Of a stretch of 64,000 nt of DNA, positions 58,886 to 64,000 are shown piece after piece (the first letter of the stretch is position 1; each line of letters opens with the position of its first letter). This DNA comes from a virus. The stretch is from positions 1-64,000 of the IMG/VR virus record IMGVR_UViG_3300020122_000089; one strand, given 5' to 3'. Made by a program: the position numbers and the translations under genes. Under the pieces are notes generated by a model. The model worked only from the letters and a program-made list of their open reading frames with translations, did no database searches and was not told where the DNA came from.

Positions 58886-59890
58886 CTAGCCTAAAAACGC
58901 CTTCCACTCTTTTGCTATCTTTTCCTTTCCAAAAAGCTCAATAGCAATCCTGCGCTGTGCTTGAGATTGCCAATAGGCAGTTTCTTTACTCGATAATAGG
59001 CTTGACAGGATATTTCTTGCCTTTTTAGGATCGTCAGACCAGTATTGCGTAATTTGATGTCCTTCAAATAGGTCGGGACCGTAAGGAAATACCTGCATCC
59101 AGGAAGGGCCTATAGATACCACCGGAATACCCGTCATCATCGCTTCGATTAGCCCTAGCGTATAACTGGCGGGCTGTGTCCCGCAATATAAGTACGCCCT
59201 GTTACATCGAAGCGATTGCTTCATGTCGTCAAAGGACATTTCGCCTTTTCCACGGATAGATTCAGAGCCAGGCCCAATGGCTACGGCGTCTAATCCTTCG
59301 GTTGCTTCATCCCAGAAACTCCAGTTCGTATATGGCTCTCTCTGAAAAAGATTTTGAGTAATATTTATGACGGCGGGGATTTGGCCGGTCCAACCTTTCC
59401 ATTCTTCTGGGTCTTTATAAAATCTAATCCTGGCATCAGACCCAGCATATCCCGGAATGTTTACCTCCTTTGGCGAATATCTGACAATTTGAAGACCCTC
59501 TTTTCTAAGTGGCGCCATCATCCTTTCATTGCTTTCTACTGACTGCCCGACCGTTCTCCATATCACCCGCTTGTGTTTAATCCTGCTCCATTGGGGAAAA
59601 ATCCAAGCGTGTTCGTAGTGATGGCATATAATCGTGTCGCACCAGTCAAGTATGTCATCTGGTATGTACTGTTTTGCTGCTGCGATATTATCCTGCGTAT
59701 TTAACCCATCAACTATAGCCTGTAATTCTGGATGGTGTTTGACATCTGGTAATGCCGGGCGTTTTGGGTCGTGCGGGTGTGCGGGGTTGATGTATCCGCC
59801 AAGGCTAAAGCAATCATACCCAAGTTCGGATAAGAGTTTTAATTGGTCAAATTCCTCCACACTATGAGCAAGGAGCAGTAGTATGTTCAT
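58886..59890 (-). CDS. GT-B (GT4-like) glycosyltransferase
   Basis: YTLGLIEAMMTGIPVVS, A.ELF....I..W..FL. Confidence 0.8.
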   Translation of the reverse strand: MNILLLLAHSVEEFDQLKLLSELGYDCFSLGGYINPAHPHDPKRPALPDVKHHPELQAIVDGLNTQDNIAAAKQYIPDDILDWCDTIICHHYEHAWIFPQWSRIKHKRVIWRTVGQSVESNERMMAPLRKEGLQIVRYSPKEVNIPGYAGSDARIRFYKDPEEWKGWTGQIPAVINITQNLFQREPYTNWSFWDEATEGLDAVAIGPGSESIRGKGEMSFDDMKQSLRCNRAYLYCGTQPASYTLGLIEAMMTGIPVVSIGPSWMQVFPYGPDLFEGHQITQYWSDDPKKARNILSSLLSSKETAYWQSQAQRRIAIELFGKEKIAKEWKAFLG

Positions 59891-59910
59891 AATTCTTTCC
59901 GGAAGAATTT

Positions 59911-60636
59911 CTATCGCTTCACAGCCTTAAAGCCGCCGGGCCCTTCTGGCGGACCTTCAAATGTTAAGACGTGCGTTTTATCTAAAAGCCAATATAGTTC
60001 GGTTTGTGTTTTACCATTGCAGGGGTGCCATTCGCCTACGATTATTGGAACCTCTACTGCCGACGTGTCTTCTAATGCTGACCACTCGCAACCTTCGCAG
60101 TCCATTTTTAGAAAGCCGATCTCGCCATACGACCTAACGATTTCAGAAATAGAAATGCAAGGAACTTCTTCTTCTTCAAATGCTACGCCGGTAGCGCCGG
60201 CGCCGGTGACTAAAGAGGCGTTGCCAATAAACGCATGGTGGTTAGCGTTTTCTGAGCCTTGATATCGCCAGCGGATTTTTGTAGAATCAACATCAGGGCC
60301 TGCAACGCCTACTGGAAGTACCATTACTTGCTGCGTTAGATTGTTTTCTTGAATGTTCAATCTTAGTAAGGTGACATTTTCGGGGACTGGTTCTATACAT
60401 AGCACTATAAGGTCTGGATTATCCATCGCCATTGCAATGCCAACAGAGCCAATGTGCGATCCTATATCCACCGCTAACCCTGATTGCGGGGCGTTTTCTT
60501 TTAAGTGATATTCATCTGCCGCCATTGAGGATTGAATTGTATTCCAATCGTTTGTTTCGAGACGGTAGTGCATGTGCGCGATGTTGCCATGCGGGGTTAT
60601 AAAATCCTGTATTGCTTGTTCGTAGTGAATTCGCAT
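59911..60636 (-). CDS. FkbM-family methyltransferase
   Basis: VDIGSHIG, IEPVPEN, FLKMDCEGCE, GEWH. Confidence 0.88.
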   Translation of the reverse strand: MRIHYEQAIQDFITPHGNIAHMHYRLETNDWNTIQSSMAADEYHLKENAPQSGLAVDIGSHIGSVGIAMAMDNPDLIVLCIEPVPENVTLLRLNIQENNLTQQVMVLPVGVAGPDVDSTKIRWRYQGSENANHHAFIGNASLVTGAGATGVAFEEEEVPCISISEIVRSYGEIGFLKMDCEGCEWSALEDTSAVEVPIIVGEWHPCNGKTQTELYWLLDKTHVLTFEGPPEGPGGFKAVKR

Positions 60637-61853
60637 CAGATTACCGCTGCTCCGCTTATTTCAGTTGAATCTACTTCTAAGAATGGCTCGGCGTGAAATT
60701 CTCTCGCGCTGTTAATATCCACTTCCACTTCTTCTAGGAACGGACGCCAGTATTTATCTCTCACTACCTGCCAAGAGAGTTCTTGTTTTACAGTTTCAGC
60801 AGCTTGCAGTCCTTGTTCTGCGTATAAATCTTGATTGAGATAAATCTCTTTAATTGCTCGCGTAATTGCCGGTATAGAGGGAATTGCTTGCCAGCAGGCA
60901 TTCATATTCCAGAATCTTTGTACGCTTGGTACTTTAATTCCAGCAAAAAGGTATTCTGGGCTTGCAGAGAAATCATGAACGATAACGGGCGTTCCGCATG
61001 CCTGTGCCTCCGCTTGGCAAAGGCCAAATCCTTCGCCATATGACGCCCCTAGTAAAACATCGGCGGCACTGTACATCATCGCCATGCGGTCATCGGATAA
61101 TCCCATCGCTATGTCGTAGTCTGGCGTGTTGCAGGTGCAATCACCTAACCCGAGATTGCGGACTAAATCGTTTAAGTCAAGGCCGCCATCATTTGTAGTG
61201 GGGGTTAATGCGGTATGTAATAGCAAATCTGAATCGGGATATTCTTTGTGGAATGCGGCAAATGCTGCCATTTGTTCTGGAAATGCTTTCCTTGAAGGAT
61301 AGTAGAAGTTTGCTGCCGCTATCAAGCAAATGAATTTATCCTCGCGAATTCCTAATTCCTTACGGGCCGCTTTTTTGTCTCTGGGGTAATAAATATCTGT
61401 ATTAATCGCATGTGGAATGTAGATGCTAGGGATGCCAGACTTCCGCATTTCGCGTTTACCAAATTGCGACATTGCTACAACATGTTTCGCTTCTTTCAGT
61501 ATCCTTACCAATCGAGGAGGTGTCGGTATTGAATCTACCGGACTATAAGTGATCCAAGGAACACTGAACAGTCTTGGGAAGTCGCGGCTAAGCGTCCAAA
61601 CATCGTGGAACGAGATTAAGCAGTCGGCCCTAGTAACCTTTACGTGCTCGCCAACTATATCATGACCCCAACTATCACGAAATGTTGGGAGGTATTCAAC
61701 ATCGTCAATCCTAGCCGGGCCGCCTTTATACCCCCAATGCGGCATGAAAAATACCTCATGCCCTAAATCCTTAAAGGCACGGATAAGGAAGCGGGACTGA
61801 GTGCCGTATCCAGAGTTCACAAAATGGGCCACGGAGGACAAAAGGATTCGCAT
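60636..61853 (-). CDS. GT4 glycosyltransferase
   Basis: SGYGTQ, IPHAINTDIY, RK, YSAADVLL..S.GEGFGL..AEAQACGTPVI. Confidence 0.92.
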   Translation of the reverse strand: MRILLSSVAHFVNSGYGTQSRFLIRAFKDLGHEVFFMPHWGYKGGPARIDDVEYLPTFRDSWGHDIVGEHVKVTRADCLISFHDVWTLSRDFPRLFSVPWITYSPVDSIPTPPRLVRILKEAKHVVAMSQFGKREMRKSGIPSIYIPHAINTDIYYPRDKKAARKELGIREDKFICLIAAANFYYPSRKAFPEQMAAFAAFHKEYPDSDLLLHTALTPTTNDGGLDLNDLVRNLGLGDCTCNTPDYDIAMGLSDDRMAMMYSAADVLLGASYGEGFGLCQAEAQACGTPVIVHDFSASPEYLFAGIKVPSVQRFWNMNACWQAIPSIPAITRAIKEIYLNQDLYAEQGLQAAETVKQELSWQVVRDKYWRPFLEEVEVDINSAREFHAEPFLEVDSTEISGAAVI

Positions 61854-61979
61854 TTTAATTTCTTCCGGAAGATTTCTTTCTTTCGACGTGTCGCAATATC
61901 AAGTATACGATAAAAGCCCCTACCGCAGCGCAAATCACCGCTGCGCTGAATATTTCAAGCATGTCTCGAAACGGATGGT

Positions 61980-62672
61980 TCATCGCGGCATATTACGAAA
62001 GCTACGCACCGGATCGAATCCGTGCTGCGCAATACGGTATTTATCAGGAACTGTACCTGGATCGCCCTGTCGCGCCAATTGATTGCCTAGGTACATTGCA
62101 ATTTCCTGAAAGGCGGTGTAGGGTTCAACCATTTTATAGAACTGGAAGTCTTTCAGGCAATCGTTTGGTATAAGGTTCAGGTATCGAGATTCATCTCTGG
62201 TAATAGTTAATACCGGAACGCCGAGTTCGATAAACAGAGGATGTATTTCTATCGGTGGATTATTTAGAAAATCTTCGCGACGTTTGCGATTCCAGTTAAG
62301 CCCGCGTTGACGACCTAGCCGTCCGATAAGTCTGCGCTCTCGTTTTAATTCATCGCGATAGCTCGGAGATGATTCCCTCAGCCCGTCTACGTTATAGACG
62401 CTAATCGGGTTTTTCTGCTCGCCTATAGATATGCGAATACAGGGATACAACCTGCCGCAAAATCCTACTATTACACGCTCGTTCATTTCTTTAAATTTAT
62501 CATTTGAAGTCCATCCCCATCGTGAAATTTGCTCAGTAAGTTTTCGCGGTGGTTTATTTTTTAGGCGCTCATAATCTACGGTGAAACTACGGCGGTTATA
62601 ATGTAGCTTTGGATCCAATCCAAAACCCATAGCGCCGTCATAGTAATCCTTTTTACCGCCGTGAATTTTCAT
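61980..62672 (-). CDS. Hypothetical phage protein (KDYYD...AFQEIAMY...HGFD)
   Basis: 230-aa ORF in operon. Confidence 0.7.
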   Translation of the reverse strand: MKIHGGKKDYYDGAMGFGLDPKLHYNRRSFTVDYERLKNKPPRKLTEQISRWGWTSNDKFKEMNERVIVGFCGRLYPCIRISIGEQKNPISVYNVDGLRESSPSYRDELKRERRLIGRLGRQRGLNWNRKRREDFLNNPPIEIHPLFIELGVPVLTITRDESRYLNLIPNDCLKDFQFYKMVEPYTAFQEIAMYLGNQLARQGDPGTVPDKYRIAQHGFDPVRSFRNMPR

Positions 62673-63533
62673 TTATTCTTCCGGAAGAAACATATCCAAC
62701 AACGAGTGTTTGGGTTTTATCAGCGACACTGGATGAATAGCGATAGGTGGTATATCCATCTGCTCAATATCACAATCTGAATGGTTGCCATTACCGGAGG
62801 ATAAATCAAGCACTTCTTGATTCATTCTATTGGCGGCGATTTCACAATAGCGCTCTTCGATTTCGATGCCAATGGCATGGAATCCCAAATTCTTAGCAGC
62901 TCGAAGAGTAGTACCGGATCCAAGGAACGGATCAAGGACAATACCGTCAGGCGGCATGGAAAGTGATAGCAGATGGGTAAATAAAGATAAAGGCTTTTGA
63001 GTTGGGTGGTCTAACTTGCCGGGCTGGCCATGGCGGTAACTATCAGCCTTAAAATAATTTGGGCACGTCCCGGGACGTAAATTATTCCAGGATTTACCGG
63101 TTTTATACGCAAACACGCAAAGCTCCACACCAGAATCAAATCCAGCATGCGGTGCTGCTGGGACTGGTACGGCCTTAACCAGGACAAATGGCCTGGTCTT
63201 CCAACCTTCCCCTTCTAGCGTTGAGACAATGTCACCGAATTGTCGATGTCCGCACCAAGCGTAAATTGTATTGCTACATAAACGTGAGGCTAGTAAGATC
63301 GACCCAACTGCGCGGGCGGTACTGGCGCCCCAGTCGCTATCGTCGTTGAAAAAATCAAGTGAACGTTTCCCTTTACCCGGTTGGCGCACATGGGTGGCGC
63401 TGTTACCTAGACTAATCGAGTAAGGCGGGTCGGTTAATACTAGATCGACGGGTTCTAGCCGTGGGAGGATTTCCCTACAATCGCCGTGGTAGATTGTAAT
63501 TCCACCATGTTCATAGTAGGGCGTCAACGGCAT
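62673..63533 (-). CDS. DNA amino-methyltransferase (beta class), paralogue of 5692..6486
   Basis: LTDPPY, HPTQKP, LDPFLGSGTT. Confidence 0.92.
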   Translation of the reverse strand: MPLTPYYEHGGITIYHGDCREILPRLEPVDLVLTDPPYSISLGNSATHVRQPGKGKRSLDFFNDDSDWGASTARAVGSILLASRLCSNTIYAWCGHRQFGDIVSTLEGEGWKTRPFVLVKAVPVPAAPHAGFDSGVELCVFAYKTGKSWNNLRPGTCPNYFKADSYRHGQPGKLDHPTQKPLSLFTHLLSLSMPPDGIVLDPFLGSGTTLRAAKNLGFHAIGIEIEERYCEIAANRMNQEVLDLSSGNGNHSDCDIEQMDIPPIAIHPVSLIKPKHSLLDMFLPEE

Positions 63534-63540
63534 GATAAGA

Positions 63541-63569
63541 AGTATAACACAAATCAAAAACATTTGCAA
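63541..63569 (-). promoter_or_regulatory. Leaderless sigma70 promoter
   Basis: TTGCAA-17-TATACT-7-ATG 63533. Confidence 0.8.
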
Positions 63570-63643
63570 GTGTTATTTTTGCGGCCGACCGCCCCTTCCT
63601 CCGTTTCTTCCGGAAGAAGGGGCAAATCGGGTTAGTTCGGTGA

Positions 63644-63919
63644 TTAGTATCGCCCTTCAAGTCGGATGCGATACAGTGTAGCGGTGCGGACGCCCGGACT
63701 AAGTTGCAGAATCAGCTTGTTACCACTGATCTGATACGTAGTAGGCGCCGATCCGTTATATGACTCAACATCGAAGTCATCGATCTTCGTGATATAACGG
63801 GCCGTTATAGTGCCTGGACCGGAGTCGGTCGCAAGCGCTGTTGCGGTCCACCGCTCTATCTTCTTGGTGCCCGCGTAATCGGGAGCCAAGGTGTCGACCA
63901 ATGTCGGTGTAAACGCCAT
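63644..63919 (-). CDS. Small virion (decoration-like) protein
   Basis: Strong AGGAGGAG RBS; beta-rich; follows the putative capsid gene end. Confidence 0.5.
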   Translation of the reverse strand: MAFTPTLVDTLAPDYAGTKKIERWTATALATDSGPGTITARYITKIDDFDVESYNGSAPTTYQISGNKLILQLSPGVRTATLYRIRLEGRY

Positions 63920-63946
63920 GATATGGCTCCTCCTTCTTTTTCCAGA

Positions 63947-64000
63947 TTACGCGAATGCTACGGCCGGTCCTGGCAGGTTTGTAATGTCGGAATTACTAAT
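63947..64000 (-). CDS. 3' end of an upstream gene, possibly the major capsid protein
   Basis: ...SNSDITNLPGPAVAFA*; identity inferred from position only. Confidence 0.3.
   Translation of the reverse strand: MSNSDITNLPGPAVAFA

Larger units (their letters stand above)
1000..63618. repeat. Dispersed palindrome TTCTTCCGGAAGAA (core TCTTCCGGAAGA), ~32 perfect cores
   Basis: Perfect 12-mer cores start at 1000, 1360, 3404, 5678, 7996, 8644, 9889, 10814, 13547, 14251, 16584, 19086, 20133, 20403, 22323, 23735, 24104, 27499, 30493, 37986, 38220, 39640, 45394, 50928, 51987, 53693, 54546, 55486, 57253, 61861, 62677, 63606. Near matches at ~6490, 29159, 34658, 36689, 41686, 43665, 48242, 52800, 55841, 59893. 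Manual count. Confidence 0.97.

Noticed and set aside
1000-63618. Palindrome copies as a CRISPR array or integron attC sites
   Set aside because: Only 12-16 bp, irregularly spaced hundreds to thousands of bp apart and sometimes inside genes; no cas or integrase gene, and no attC R/L box structure.
1-64000. Alternative genetic code (TAG or TGA reassigned)
   Set aside because: Long genes are intact under code 11, and both TAG and TGA terminate many well-defined genes; only one internal instance of each was seen.
1-64000. tRNA, rRNA, DGR/retron reverse transcriptase, integrase, terminase, portal
   Set aside because: No recognisable motifs seen by eye; lifestyle cannot be determined from this window.

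Overview
A 64-kb segment of a large dsDNA bacteriophage or prophage with podovirus-like virion genes; both ends are truncated. A + strand arm (1-5676) carries a pentapeptide-repeat gene and a MoxR AAA+ / DUF3150-like / vWA-metallopeptidase module. It converges on a long - strand arm (5692-64000). That arm encodes DNA methyltransferases, RecA, HNH, lambda-exo, ERF, RusA, a DEDDh exonuclease, DnaB, a replication initiator and a beta-clamp. It continues with a tail spike, ejection proteins including a 2887-aa polyvalent protein, tail and adaptor proteins, and a glycosyltransferase/FkbM cassette. Antisense inserts (homing endonucleases, a Mom-like gene, hypotheticals) sit among the late genes, each with a near-consensus sigma70 promoter, mostly leaderless. 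The main unexplained signal is a palindrome, TTCTTCCGGAAGAA. By eye it has about 32 perfect 12-bp cores plus about 10 near matches, concentrated at gene junctions, start codons, promoters and the arm convergence point, and written into protein termini as FFRK/LPEE/SSGR. Several homopolymer frameshifts and two in-frame stops suggest sequencing errors or decay. No tRNA, rRNA, CRISPR, integrase, terminase or portal gene was recognised. All family assignments come from motif recognition, not database searches.
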